Source of the DNA: Candidatus Poribacteria bacterium
GTDB taxonomy: Bacteria; Poribacteria; WGA-4E; PCPOR2b
Direction of reading: 5' to 3'
Length of the DNA stretch: 64,000 nucleotides
Assembly: GCA_965116925.1 (NCBI GenBank)
Contig: OZ220744.1
Span: 1,440,001-1,504,000, forward strand
The translations under genes were made by a program, and so were the position numbers. The notes below the pieces were generated by a model. That model had not been told where the DNA came from. It worked only from the letters and a program-made list of their open reading frames with translations, and searched no databases. Shown here one piece after another: positions 38,148 to 48,774 of this stretch; positions within the stretch are counted from its first letter, which is position 1, and every line of letters starts with the position of its first letter.

Positions 38148-38838
38148 CGAGATTCACACCTACTACGGCAATATTCGGGCTATCAGAGGCGTCTCACTTT
38201 ACGTCGAAGAGGGGGAAATGGTCTGTCTGATTGGAGCCAATGGGGCGGGCAAATCAACGACGCTGATGACGATATCGGGTATTCATCACCCCGCGCAAGG
38301 GACCATTACCTTCGAGGGGGACGATCTAACTACAACCACAGCGGAAAAGCGTGTTGAATTGGGCATTTCGCAGGTCCCCGAAGGGCGGCTTATCTTTCCT
38401 GAAATGACGGTGTTAGAAAATCTTGAACTTGGCGCATTCTTGCGCAGGGATACCGCCGTCATCAGAGAGGATCTTGATCGAGTGTTCGATCTTTTTCCGG
38501 TTTTGCGGGAGCGCAGAGCGCAGCAGGGAGGTACATTAAGCGGTGGTGAGCAGCAGATGCTGGCTATTGGTCGTGCGCTCATGTCACATCCCCGTCTCCT
38601 GCTGCTTGATGAACCTTCGCTTGGACTTGCACCACTTCTGGTTGAGCAAATTTTCGAGATAATCCAGGAGATTAACAAACAAGGAACGACTATTCTTCTG
38701 GTTGAGCAGAACGCGTATCTCGCCTTACAGACTACCCATCGCGGCTACGTTATGGAGACCGGGGAGATAGCAATTGAAGGCACATCATCGGAACTTCTGA
38801 ACGATGCACGAGTACGGGAGGCGTATTTGGGGGAATAG
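38134..38838 (+). CDS. livF: Branched-chain amino acid ABC ATPase LivF
   Basis: GANGAGKS, VPEGR, LSGGEQQM, DEPSLGLAP, VEQN. Confidence 0.9.
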   Translation: MLKLNEIHTYYGNIRAIRGVSLYVEEGEMVCLIGANGAGKSTTLMTISGIHHPAQGTITFEGDDLTTTTAEKRVELGISQVPEGRLIFPEMTVLENLELGAFLRRDTAVIREDLDRVFDLFPVLRERRAQQGGTLSGGEQQMLAIGRALMSHPRLLLLDEPSLGLAPLLVEQIFEIIQEINKQGTTILLVEQNAYLALQTTHRGYVMETGEIAIEGTSSELLNDARVREAYLGE

Positions 38839-38873
38839 CGGCGAGGTGGGACGGCTCATTTTCGGCTGTGAGT

Positions 38874-38972
38874 GTTGGGTTTCACTTTTGCTGCTGTAAG
38901 AACGTCGTGTTGGGGGCAAAAACTTGACTGGCGTTGATAGTGAGCTCCTTTCAGGCGTTCAACCCAACCTAT
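38874..38972. repeat. REP-like inverted repeat between convergent genes
   Basis: GTTGGGTT (38874-38881) / AACCCAAC (38961-38968); minus strand reads ATAGGTTGGGTTGAACG. Confidence 0.5.
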
Positions 38973-39934
38973 CTATCTTCTAGCCGTGTCCAACCCCGTC
39001 CGGGATGGAATGCTCCCGCTCCCTGAAAGCGTTCTCGGATTCTACGAAATTCTTCTGGGCTGCGAACCTCTTGCTCCGGGGCTTCGGGATTACGCAGGAC
39101 AAAATCGGCTTCTGGTGGGTAACACGCCATCGTAACAGTTTCTCGCTCCGGTGTATAGGATTCAGGACCTTCGTCTGCGTTGTTTGGGGCTTCAGCGTTT
39201 TGATACCGCAGATCCACACTCCAACGTACCTGATCGCTGTGATTTTCAAACGAGGCGTGCGGCGTTAGGTTGGTCAAGAATAGCACATCTCCTGCCTTCA
39301 TCTCCATCGGAATAGGTCCTGTATCTGGAAATTCATCGGTAGGCACCTCAAGGTATCCACCATGCCCCCCGGTATAATGTCGAAAAACTCCCCCCCGATG
39401 TACCTTCGGCATCACATAGAGACAGCCGTTATTCACGGTCGAATCAATTAGAGGAATCCAGCAGGTGACGAGCAGGTGTTTATCACAGTGGGGAAGAAAA
39501 TAACCAGAGTCTTGATGCCACGGCACCTCACCGCGTTCCCATTCCGGCAGCTTTGGGCGAATACGATACGCCGAAGCACCGATAATGGTGGGACCGATAA
39601 GGCTTTCGACACAAGACAGTAAAGGCGGGTGGGTGAGCATACCGAACATCGATTCTCCACTAAAACCGCCACCACCTGATCCCATGACACCTTTGGTAAT
39701 CTCTACTGCAGCGTCGAGGTTGGACTTTCTGATACGTCCCAGACGGTTACCGAACGGTTCGTCAGGAAAAATGTCTTCCAACACACCCTCAGATTGTATG
39801 CGCTTTGCTTCTGTATCGACTATTTCGCTAAGGGCATCTTGGATTGGTTGTAGGGCTTCCATCGAAAAGACAGCAGATTTCACCACATAGCCTTCTTCAT
39901 TAAACTGTTGCAATTCTGTGTTGGTGAGGCTCAT
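38969..39934 (-). CDS. Phytanoyl-CoA dioxygenase (PhyH) family Fe/2OG enzyme
   Basis: PWHQD, WIPL, NGCL, H...N.SD..RWS.DLRY. Confidence 0.9.
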   Translation of the reverse strand: MSLTNTELQQFNEEGYVVKSAVFSMEALQPIQDALSEIVDTEAKRIQSEGVLEDIFPDEPFGNRLGRIRKSNLDAAVEITKGVMGSGGGGFSGESMFGMLTHPPLLSCVESLIGPTIIGASAYRIRPKLPEWERGEVPWHQDSGYFLPHCDKHLLVTCWIPLIDSTVNNGCLYVMPKVHRGGVFRHYTGGHGGYLEVPTDEFPDTGPIPMEMKAGDVLFLTNLTPHASFENHSDQVRWSVDLRYQNAEAPNNADEGPESYTPERETVTMACYPPEADFVLRNPEAPEQEVRSPEEFRRIRERFQGAGAFHPGRGWTRLEDR

Positions 39935-40036
39935 CAATATCTCCTTCAAGGCTAGTTGAGTCCGTTTTGGCAGTTTTTCAAAATAATTAAAGATAAGTTT
40001 ACCAAAGTCAGATTAAAAAAGGCAAGCAGGAAAAAT

Positions 40037-41869
40037 ATGAGCAAAAAACAGACATGGGATGTCATTGTTGTGCGGGACGTTATGGTGCCCATGCGGGATG
40101 GCGTGAATCTGGTCGCAGATCTCTACTTTCCTGCGGAACATGGTCGTCCGTTGGAGGGCAAACTCCCCGCCGTTTTACAGCGAACTCCTTACAAGAAGGA
40201 AAGTTATGAGAACATGGGGAGTTTCTTCGCGGAGCACGGTTATCTATCGGTGGTGCAGGACTGTCGTGGTCGCTTCAAATCTGGTGGCGATTTTTTCCCG
40301 TTTCGGGATGAGCCGCAAGATGGCTATGACACTGTGGTATGGCTTGCAGACCATCCCTCTTGCAACGGGAAGGTAGGTATGTATGGTTGTTCGCACATGG
40401 CATGGGTACAGTTCCACGCAGCGACGCAGAACCCGCCGGGATTAGCCACAATAATCCCGTATGAAGGTCCCATCAATGCGTATCATTACAGTATGCGTGT
40501 GGGCGGTGCGCTGCATCTGGGGCTTTTGAAGTGGATTCTTGAAACGGCAATAACCAGCCAAGAGGCACAACAGAATCCCGCTATCGCCGAAGCAGTTCGG
40601 ACGATGAGTTCGGGTCAGAACTTTCTGAACTGGGCTTCTCGGATCCCGTGGCAACGTGGACAGACACCGCTTAGCATTGTGCCCAAATATGAAGATGCTG
40701 CCTTTCAGTTGTATTTTGAACATTACGACTATACGGACTTTTGGCGTCAACCCGGCTTTGCGATGGACGAGTATTTTGAATGTTTTCCGGAGATTCCTAT
40801 CCTATGGGTCGTCGGTTGGTATGATTGGTATCCGCGCACCATTATCGACGGTTACCAGAAGATGGTGCAGATGGATCGAGAAAACCAGTATCTCCTCGTC
40901 GGTCCTTGGACGCATAACAACTTTAATTCGTTATGTGGGGATGTGAATTTTGGGGTAGCAGGAACCATTCACAACTACGACGATTTCTTAAATTTGGAGT
41001 TGGCATGGTTTGATCGCTGGCTCAAGGAGGATCAGAGTGCTGATATTGGAACGCCCGTCAAGGTATTTACGATGGGAGGTGGAGATGGAAGACGCGACAA
41101 TAACAGGAGACTAAAGCACGGTGGAGAATGGCATTACGGCGATATTTGGCCCCCTGAAAGTGTTCAGCCGACACCATTCTACCTACACCCAGATGGTGTG
41201 CTATCACAAGACAAACCGAGTCAGGAGAGCGCGTGGACGACCTACACTTATGATCCACGGAACACAGTTTCCAGCAATGGCCGTTGTATCATTCCCTATG
41301 GCCCAGCCGCCGAAGGAGGGTTCTCCGGGATGGGACCACGCGATCAGATTGATTTGGAAACCTTGCCGGGGCACGGCATTCCGGGTATGCCCATTGCTTC
41401 CCGTCCTGATGTATTGGTCTTCCAGACTCAACCTCTGTTTGAAAAAGTCCGAATTGCCGGAAACATAAAGGCTATTCTATATATATCATCAGATGCACCC
41501 GACACTGATTTTTTCGTGAAGCTGATTGATCTTTATCCCCCAAGCCCCGATTATCCGACGGGTTACGCCTTCCCGGTATCCGAAGGTATCCTCCGTGCAC
41601 GGTATCGGGAGGAGTGGGATACATCGAAGCCGATGGAGCCGGGAAAGATATATCAGATCGAGATCCCACTTGAACCATCAGCTAACCTATTTGCAGTGAA
41701 TCACAGGATTCGTATTGACATTTGTAGCAGCAATTTCCCAAACTTTGACATCAATCGCAACACCGGCGATCCAAATGATAGGCGATGGCATATCGCCGAA
41801 AACACTGTCTATCATGACATGAATCACGCTTCCCACATCGTGCTGCCCATATACCCACTTGGTTCTTAG
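40037..41869 (+). CDS. CocE/NonD family hydrolase
   Basis: VPMRDGV.L, RTPY, QDCRGR, GCSHMA nucleophile elbow, GWYD, GPWTH, SSNFP. Confidence 0.9.
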   Translation: MSKKQTWDVIVVRDVMVPMRDGVNLVADLYFPAEHGRPLEGKLPAVLQRTPYKKESYENMGSFFAEHGYLSVVQDCRGRFKSGGDFFPFRDEPQDGYDTVVWLADHPSCNGKVGMYGCSHMAWVQFHAATQNPPGLATIIPYEGPINAYHYSMRVGGALHLGLLKWILETAITSQEAQQNPAIAEAVRTMSSGQNFLNWASRIPWQRGQTPLSIVPKYEDAAFQLYFEHYDYTDFWRQPGFAMDEYFECFPEIPILWVVGWYDWYPRTIIDGYQKMVQMDRENQYLLVGPWTHNNFNSLCGDVNFGVAGTIHNYDDFLNLELAWFDRWLKEDQSADIGTPVKVFTMGGGDGRRDNNRRLKHGGEWHYGDIWPPESVQPTPFYLHPDGVLSQDKPSQESAWTTYTYDPRNTVSSNGRCIIPYGPAAEGGFSGMGPRDQIDLETLPGHGIPGMPIASRPDVLVFQTQPLFEKVRIAGNIKAILYISSDAPDTDFFVKLIDLYPPSPDYPTGYAFPVSEGILRARYREEWDTSKPMEPGKIYQIEIPLEPSANLFAVNHRIRIDICSSNFPNFDINRNTGDPNDRRWHIAENTVYHDMNHASHIVLPIYPLGS

Positions 41870-43050
41870 GTCTCCGAACAGAGAATGAGTGCCCCTGTGT
41901 AGGTGTGTGCGAAATTTCGATTACCGATGGGCGCAAATTCAGCATTTCCGAAGAAACCGATAATTGGCAGATCCGGAAATTTCTCCTTGATAATCTGAAT
42001 ATCGTGATTTACTTCACCGTATAATCCTGCGCCCCTACCCAAGCAATTGAAGTAAAGCCCAAAAGCTGGCGGATGTGCCTGTGCGCTTTCATGCAGCCGA
42101 TTCACGATGGCATGGATATCTTCTGACGCGGCAAAAGGATTTCGCAGATGAAACTGCACAATTTGTCCCGTTTCGATCCTTTCTGCTACTCCGACTGCAG
42201 CACTTTGTGGATCAATGCCCGTGATGTTACGAATCAGGTAGTCGCCCGGTTTCGGGGACGGATTTGATGTATCCATTGCAATACCTATGAAAATCATTCT
42301 GCCTGAACGCTGTATATCTTCCTCAGTCAGCAGTGCAAGTGATTCTTGCAACACCTCCACCGCTTCCCGACCATCCAACTCAAGAATCAGGTTGTCCTCT
42401 GCGCGAGTAATTTCAACAGGGCTACCAATGGGTTGACACCCTTGTGCGACGCCGATCTCTGCATGGAAATCTCCTGTCAGCAACACGCCTGCGACACTCA
42501 ACTCTGCAATGTCTGTCCCGCACCATTGGTGCATTTGACCGCTCATCGGATCTCCGGATGCAGCTCCACCAACGATGGGGAGTGCATCTCCATGCCCTCC
42601 GATCTGTTGGACAAGTTCGGCAGGCTGGACACATCGCACATCCGGCAATACGACCAAGAGTGAATTTTCACGGAGTTCTGGTTGTATTTGATTGCGTATG
42701 GTTGTGCCAACAGGCGACACCCCATCTTCAGAGACACAGAAAGAAAGGGCGGATAACTGATCTGAGCGCAGCACCAGGACAGCAACAACAGATTGCCCTT
42801 CAAACTCGCCGTCCGAAGTGAGGACACCCATCCCACTGCAACCGATTAGGTGTTCGCATCCTGATATTCTCTGTACTGCCTCACAGAGCTGCGTGTATTC
42901 GTTCTGATAGTCAGCCGTTGCAAAAACAAACGCAAGGTCTGCTTTAGCCAATTTTGCCTTGCCCATTGCCGTTGTGGTTGCTTGTTCAGCAGCTTCAGAG
43001 CCTGAAGCACTGAGGCTATGCCCAACACCAGCGCGTATCATCAACCTCAC
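41866..43050 (-). CDS. Stand-alone FIST-domain protein
   Basis: LIGCSG, GGAASG, VAQGCQPIG, YFNCLGRG, GFFGNAE. Confidence 0.9.
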   Translation of the reverse strand: MRLMIRAGVGHSLSASGSEAAEQATTTAMGKAKLAKADLAFVFATADYQNEYTQLCEAVQRISGCEHLIGCSGMGVLTSDGEFEGQSVVAVLVLRSDQLSALSFCVSEDGVSPVGTTIRNQIQPELRENSLLVVLPDVRCVQPAELVQQIGGHGDALPIVGGAASGDPMSGQMHQWCGTDIAELSVAGVLLTGDFHAEIGVAQGCQPIGSPVEITRAEDNLILELDGREAVEVLQESLALLTEEDIQRSGRMIFIGIAMDTSNPSPKPGDYLIRNITGIDPQSAAVGVAERIETGQIVQFHLRNPFAASEDIHAIVNRLHESAQAHPPAFGLYFNCLGRGAGLYGEVNHDIQIIKEKFPDLPIIGFFGNAEFAPIGNRNFAHTYTGALILCSET

Positions 43051-43146
43051 CTTGCCTTTCTGTTATCCCAGAATGTAAGATCCTTGCTTGCTATGATTAT
43101 ATCCCATTATCGCTCAGTAAAGTTTCATCTGCAGAGTAGATTAAAA

Positions 43147-44397
43147 TTACTCCGCCGCGATGACAAATTCTAGCCGACGATGTGCTTCGCGTAGGGAGGC
43201 TTCAACGCTTTCAGGCGTATTCCCTCTCGCAAAGATAAATCCAAGATACCTTGCACCTTCCGGCAGCGGAAGAACTTCCTGCCCAATCGGTATACTGATG
43301 GTAACCTCCTCAATGCCTGAAATCTGTTCCGCGCCCGTTTTGCCTCGCACCTCCCGCAAAATCCCGGCATGGGGAATGGGAATCATCATCACACCAGCCG
43401 GTTGTCGTTCACGCTGCAACGACTCAACTTCCAGTCCGATAGCGTGCCGAATGATGAGCTCTTCTAGCGAAATACCTGTACCAAATCGCAACGTCCGTGC
43501 ACAAAGCCCACCAATCGACCGAGCGGCGATTTCGATTATCCATGCACCATGGTCGTTGACTCGCAGCTCTGCATGGATGGGGCCCTCCCGCAAGCCAAGT
43601 GTGTCTGCCGTTCGTGCCGTGCACGATATAATATTGTTTTGAACCTCAGCTGGTAAGCGAGATGGGGTAATGTAGAGCGTTTCCTCAAAGAAGGGTCCAT
43701 CTAACGGGTCAGGTTTATCAAAAATAGCGAGTACCTTGAGTCTCCCTCGAATCAGGATGCCCTCAAGAGCAACTTCTATCCCCGGTATAAAATCTTCAAC
43801 AAGAATTTGCTGTGCTCTTACATCTTTCCGCGATTTAACGTCAGATGCCCCTAAAATGCTAATAATTCTCTGAAATGCCGTTACAAATTCCTTTGGATTG
43901 TTCGCACGGATGACACCCCGACTCGCCGACAGAGAAAGCGGTTTGAGAACACACGGGAAGTTTACACCAGTTACAATTTTTGCTGGATCCGCGCTGATTG
44001 AAACCAGTTCAAAGTGCGGTGAAGGGATACCTCCCGTTGCAAGTACTTTTCGCATCTGATATTTACTGCGGGTAGTGCGAGCGGATTCCACAGAATTATG
44101 CGGTAGGGACAGTGCCTTCGCTACCATTGACACCAAAATTGTCGTGTCATCATCAACCCCGACAACTGCGTCAATCGGATGGGTTTGGGCAAACGCAACG
44201 ATCTCCTCCGTTGCCTTCTCAGGTTTGCTGAAGTTAATGACCAAGGACTTGCGCGGCGACAACTCAGACAACGTTTGTGGTTGATCTGATCCAATCGCAA
44301 CCGCCACCCCTAGCTGCGATGCAGCTGAGAGAAATGCCTTCGCCCGGTATGTTTTTGTGGGCAAGAGTAGAAGAATGCGCTTTTTGTTTGAGTTCAT
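43147..44397 (-). CDS. ATP-grasp domain protein
   Basis: FPCVLKPLSLSASRGV, VEDFIPG.E, HAELR, IEIAARSIGG. Confidence 0.9.
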   Translation of the reverse strand: MNSNKKRILLLLPTKTYRAKAFLSAASQLGVAVAIGSDQPQTLSELSPRKSLVINFSKPEKATEEIVAFAQTHPIDAVVGVDDDTTILVSMVAKALSLPHNSVESARTTRSKYQMRKVLATGGIPSPHFELVSISADPAKIVTGVNFPCVLKPLSLSASRGVIRANNPKEFVTAFQRIISILGASDVKSRKDVRAQQILVEDFIPGIEVALEGILIRGRLKVLAIFDKPDPLDGPFFEETLYITPSRLPAEVQNNIISCTARTADTLGLREGPIHAELRVNDHGAWIIEIAARSIGGLCARTLRFGTGISLEELIIRHAIGLEVESLQRERQPAGVMMIPIPHAGILREVRGKTGAEQISGIEEVTISIPIGQEVLPLPEGARYLGFIFARGNTPESVEASLREAHRRLEFVIAAE

Positions 44398-44643
44398 AAC
44401 ATATTTTCCAACGGAGAGTTCGTCTGACAAATTATACAAAATCTGCCAATCTAAAGCAATCGGAAAAAGCGTATAGAATGCAATTGCAATTCCCTACGTT
44501 CTATGTTAAACTATAAACGTTTTGAGAGAAACTTGGAAAATTCTTGAGAAACCATCGATATGACGTCATCCACCAATGCTGATAAGTTGATAATGGAAGT
44601 TTCAACACCTAAAACCCACATACCCAATTTTAAGGAGTGAAAA

Positions 44644-45462
44644 ATGATGTACCGAAAGTTTTTGGGCATCTTTGCCCTTATCACGACCATCAGCATTTTA
44701 GCGGGGTGTGCACCAAAGCCGCAGATTGAAATTTATATGGAACCTGTTGCAGGCAGAGAACACGCCCAAATCGATGCACAAACAGGCTCGATCTCCGTGG
44801 AGCATCGCGACGTTCAGATTACGCTTGAACCACTCGATGAGGTAGAATTGTTTGAACTAACAGAAGATCCACGGATTAATCCATATCTTGGGATTGACCG
44901 TTGGGGCAATGTCGAGCCGTTGTATACCGTTTTTGGTATCCACATCGAAAACAGATCTAAGTCGCGAGTCATCGTTGATTCGACAGCGATTTTAATCGAT
45001 CTCAACGGCGAACAGTATGCCTCCCTCCCCTACGATTACTTTAAAGAACTCTACGAGAACGTGAGGCCAAGAACGGTAGCATTCTACGACCCTGGCTATC
45101 GATACCGTTATCCTCGTTCTTACTATCGGATCCCCTACCGCCCTTACTACTACCACCCATATAACTATCGCTTAGGATACCGGCACCGCTACCCTTACAC
45201 ACCGTATCGGGTATATGATTACTATCCGGATCCGGCTGCTGCGAATCACGAGCGGCTGGTTGCGCGTGAGACGGTGTTCGATGGTGGTCAGCTTTTCTCA
45301 GGTGCACAACGCGACGGACTCTTGGTGTTTGATAGACTTGACATCGGTGCAACAGACGTCAAGGTTATCTTGCCGGAAGTTCAGATTATTAATAAGAAGA
45401 AAAAACGGTCAAAATCCGATTTCGTGTTTGATTTTCGACAGGTTGTCAATGTGAAAGAATAA
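44644..45462 (+). CDS. Hypothetical lipoprotein with Tyr/Arg/Pro-rich insert
   Basis: Lipobox ILAGC; low-complexity YRYRYPRSYYRIPYRPYYYHPY... Confidence 0.75.
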   Translation: MMYRKFLGIFALITTISILAGCAPKPQIEIYMEPVAGREHAQIDAQTGSISVEHRDVQITLEPLDEVELFELTEDPRINPYLGIDRWGNVEPLYTVFGIHIENRSKSRVIVDSTAILIDLNGEQYASLPYDYFKELYENVRPRTVAFYDPGYRYRYPRSYYRIPYRPYYYHPYNYRLGYRHRYPYTPYRVYDYYPDPAAANHERLVARETVFDGGQLFSGAQRDGLLVFDRLDIGATDVKVILPEVQIINKKKKRSKSDFVFDFRQVVNVKE

Positions 45463-45574
45463 AATCTTTGACGAGATTAGACAGAATCACTTAGATTGTC
45501 AGCAATGAAAAGTTGATAGCGATTTCGTTGCTGACAATTTTCTTTGTGACGATGAATCAATCAAGGAGATATAT

Positions 45575-46747
45575 ATGAAGAAAAATAGAGCGCGTTCAAC
45601 CGTTATACTTGTCATTTCCGTCATGACATTTGCTATGATTATAGGTTTTGCACTTACCGGATGTGAAACTAGAAATGAGATTAAAATCGCTGTTGCGGGT
45701 CCCTTTACCGGTCCTATTGCTGCTTTCGGGGAGATGATTAAGCGTGGCGCGGAACTCAAGGCGAAAGAGATTAATGCGGCAGGCGGTGTTAATGGCAAAA
45801 CACTAACGCTTGTCTTTGAAGACGACACCGGCAAAGATAAAGAAGCGAGTTTAGTTGCAGAGCGCATTGCCAGCAATCGACAGATTCTTGCAGTCGTAGG
45901 ACACTTTAATAGTTCCTGCTCGTTAGCGGGTAAACCTATCTATCAACGTGCTGGTATCGTTGAACTTTCACCTGGCTCGACCAACGTCCGTGTTGCTGCG
46001 GGCAGCGATTGGACATTCAGAAATATCTACCGTGATGATTTTCAAGCTGCATTTGCAGCGAAGTATATCAGAAACGTATTAGGGGGCATCCAAAAAGTTG
46101 CCATCTTTTTTGATAACGATGACTATGGGCGCGGCCTTAAAGATAGCTTTGCTGCTGCCGCCAAAGAACTTGGACTGGAAATCGTTGGGATGGAAGCGTA
46201 TGATCGGGATAACACCGACTTTAAGGCGCAATTGACAAGCATTAAAGCGAAGCAACCGGATCTGATTTTTCTCTCAGGGTTGTACAGTCAGGCGGGATTA
46301 ATCACCTCCCAAGCGCGTGAGGGAGGCATCACCGCACAACTCTTTGGTGCGGACGGCGTTGATTCTCCGGATTTCCTTCAAATCGCAGGCGATGCGGCTG
46401 AAGGTACGTACGTCACGACACCGTTTGTTTTTGGACTCGACGACCCCAAAGCTCAAAAGATGGCGGTGGCGTTTGAGGAAATGCATGGGGTTGCTCCTGA
46501 TACGTGGGCAGCACTAACGTATGACGCGGTCGGCATGATTGTCGAAGCGATCGAAACAGGCGGTGAAAATCGAAAAGCGATTCGCGACCATTTGGCGTCA
46601 ATTGACACTCCCGAAGAAGGGTACAACGGTATCACAGGTCTGACCTATTTTGATGAGAACGGGGATTGCGCCAAGCCTGCTTATGTCAAGATTGTCAAAG
46701 ATGGTCAGTTCGTCCCCGCTCCGGAGCAGATGCTTGGTGTGGAGTAA
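45575..46747 (+). CDS. livK: Branched-chain amino acid ABC substrate-binding lipoprotein
   Basis: Lipobox LTGC, INAAGGVNGK, VVGHFNS, DYGRG, DFKAQLT. Confidence 0.85.
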   Translation: MKKNRARSTVILVISVMTFAMIIGFALTGCETRNEIKIAVAGPFTGPIAAFGEMIKRGAELKAKEINAAGGVNGKTLTLVFEDDTGKDKEASLVAERIASNRQILAVVGHFNSSCSLAGKPIYQRAGIVELSPGSTNVRVAAGSDWTFRNIYRDDFQAAFAAKYIRNVLGGIQKVAIFFDNDDYGRGLKDSFAAAAKELGLEIVGMEAYDRDNTDFKAQLTSIKAKQPDLIFLSGLYSQAGLITSQAREGGITAQLFGADGVDSPDFLQIAGDAAEGTYVTTPFVFGLDDPKAQKMAVAFEEMHGVAPDTWAALTYDAVGMIVEAIETGGENRKAIRDHLASIDTPEEGYNGITGLTYFDENGDCAKPAYVKIVKDGQFVPAPEQMLGVE

Positions 46748-46861
46748 CGTGCACAGCCGTGTCTCACGTAGCTGCTGTGAAAACTTTTGCTCTGTTTCGC
46801 TAACCTTCTCGTTGACATTTTACATTTCACACATAACGTCGTAGGAGCTTTTAATTTCTTT

Positions 46862-47755
46862 ATGGCCCAATTTCTGGAACAAATCATAAACGGACTTGTG
46901 CTTGGCGGCATCTACGCCCTGATTGCCGTGGGCTATACGATGGTCTACGGCATCATCCAGCTCATCAACTTTGCACACGGCGAGATTTTTATGTTCGGTG
47001 CGTACTTTGCCTTCTTATGTGTCACGACCTTCGGCCTTTCATTTTGGGTTGCATTACCGGTCAGCATGGGCATGTGTGCCTTGATGGGCATGTTAATCGA
47101 CTTTGTCGCCTACCGGCCGCTCCGTAACGCGCCACGTCTCTCCGCACTGATTACCGCCATTGGTATCTCTCTGATGCTACAAAATCTTGCTCGATTGATT
47201 TGGGGGGCAAGATGGCGTAAGTTTCCTGTCGAAGCAACGCCTACGGTCTTGACGGGAAATGCTATCCCGCTACCCGGTGGAGCACAAGTTTCATTCCTAG
47301 ATGTCTTTATTATCCTGCTCGCCGTTGTTTTGATGATTGGCTTAAACCGGTTAATTCGCTTGACGAAGATCGGAAAAGCGATGCGGGCTTGTGCTCAAAA
47401 CAGAGCCGCAGCCAGCTTGATGGGTATTGATACCAACCGCGTAATCACGGTGACGTTTGCGATTGGATCCGCGCTGGGAGCCGTTGCTGGTGTCATGGTA
47501 GGACTCCGCGAGGTTACGGAGCCTGCAATGGGGTACTACAAAGGGGTTGCAGCATTTGCCGCAGCTGTGCTTGGAGGGATTGGTAATATTACGGGCGCAA
47601 TGCTTGGTGGCGTGGTCCTCGGCGTTGCTGAGGCCCTTGGAGCTGGCTATATCTCATCTGAGTACCGTCTTGCGATTGCTTATATCATTATGATTCTCGT
47701 TATTATCTTTCGACCATCTGGACTGCTGGGAAAATCAACAGCAACACGGGCTTAA
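46862..47755 (+). CDS. livH: Branched-chain amino acid ABC permease LivH
   Basis: YALIAVGYTMVYG, INFAHG, GKAMRA, AAVLGGIG. Confidence 0.9.
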   Translation: MAQFLEQIINGLVLGGIYALIAVGYTMVYGIIQLINFAHGEIFMFGAYFAFLCVTTFGLSFWVALPVSMGMCALMGMLIDFVAYRPLRNAPRLSALITAIGISLMLQNLARLIWGARWRKFPVEATPTVLTGNAIPLPGGAQVSFLDVFIILLAVVLMIGLNRLIRLTKIGKAMRACAQNRAAASLMGIDTNRVITVTFAIGSALGAVAGVMVGLREVTEPAMGYYKGVAAFAAAVLGGIGNITGAMLGGVVLGVAEALGAGYISSEYRLAIAYIIMILVIIFRPSGLLGKSTATRA

Positions 47756-47769
47756 TCCGATAAACCAAC

Positions 47770-48756
47770 ATGCCGAAAAAACTATTCACTCCTAAAACCA
47801 TTGTCCTCCTTGCGGCGGTGTGTCTCTTTCCGCTGATAGTCTACGGTTCCGACCGTATTGCAGATCTGTTCTATGAACGCGGCATCATCTTACCGCTACC
47901 GAGTGGATCCTATGTCCTCCGAGTCGCCGTGATGGCTTATCTTTATATGCTCCTGGCTTTAGGGCTCAACATCGTACCGGGATTCACAGGATTGCTTGAC
48001 TTGGGATATGTCGGATTTTACCTCGTCGGTGGGTATACGGCGGGGTTGTTGATGGCGAGGCTCGGTTGGAGTTATTGGATTGTGCTGCCGCTTGCTGCAA
48101 TTCATGGTGCCCTCTGGGGTCTATTACGCGGTGCCCCTACGTTGCGTCTGACAGGCGATTATTTTGCCATTGTGACCTTTGGGTTCGCGGAACTGCTTTT
48201 CAGAATTGTGAAAAATGAGGAGTGGCTCATCGGTGGTCCCAACGGATTTGTAAACGATATTCCACCCCCTACGCTTTTTGGATATGGACTCGATGCACGC
48301 TGGCAACAGTATTACCACATCCTGATCTTGCTAGCTCTCACAATTGTCGTTGTGCATCGTCTGCAGCATTCGCGCGTTGGGCGAGCGTGGGCAGCAATCC
48401 GAGAGGACGAACGGGCGGCAGAGAGCATGGGGATTAACCTCCGCGAATACAAATCTCTCGCCTTTGCTGTCAGCGCGGCAATCGGAGCTGTTGGAGGGGC
48501 ATTTTTCGCACCATTTCAGGTCAATATCAGCGCAGGCGCGTTTGAATTCTGGGAATCTATTTTCATTTTATGTATGGTCGTGCTCGGTGGAATGGGAACC
48601 ATCAAGGGCTCAGTTATCGGAGCCGGCCTCCTCGGGGTTTTAGGAGAGCTCCTACGTCCATTCGGTGGATGGCGCTATCTAATTTTTGGCATTATCCTAA
48701 TCCTCATAATGCGTTTCCGTCCGGCAGGCTTGCTATCAACGAAAGAACAAGATTAA
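47770..48756 (+). CDS. livM: Branched-chain amino acid ABC permease LivM
   Basis: GLLDLG, LRLTGDYFAIVT, AIREDE, VVLGG. Confidence 0.9.
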   Translation: MPKKLFTPKTIVLLAAVCLFPLIVYGSDRIADLFYERGIILPLPSGSYVLRVAVMAYLYMLLALGLNIVPGFTGLLDLGYVGFYLVGGYTAGLLMARLGWSYWIVLPLAAIHGALWGLLRGAPTLRLTGDYFAIVTFGFAELLFRIVKNEEWLIGGPNGFVNDIPPPTLFGYGLDARWQQYYHILILLALTIVVVHRLQHSRVGRAWAAIREDERAAESMGINLREYKSLAFAVSAAIGAVGGAFFAPFQVNISAGAFEFWESIFILCMVVLGGMGTIKGSVIGAGLLGVLGELLRPFGGWRYLIFGIILILIMRFRPAGLLSTKEQD

Positions 48757-48774
48757 CCCTAGCTGGCAAAGAAA

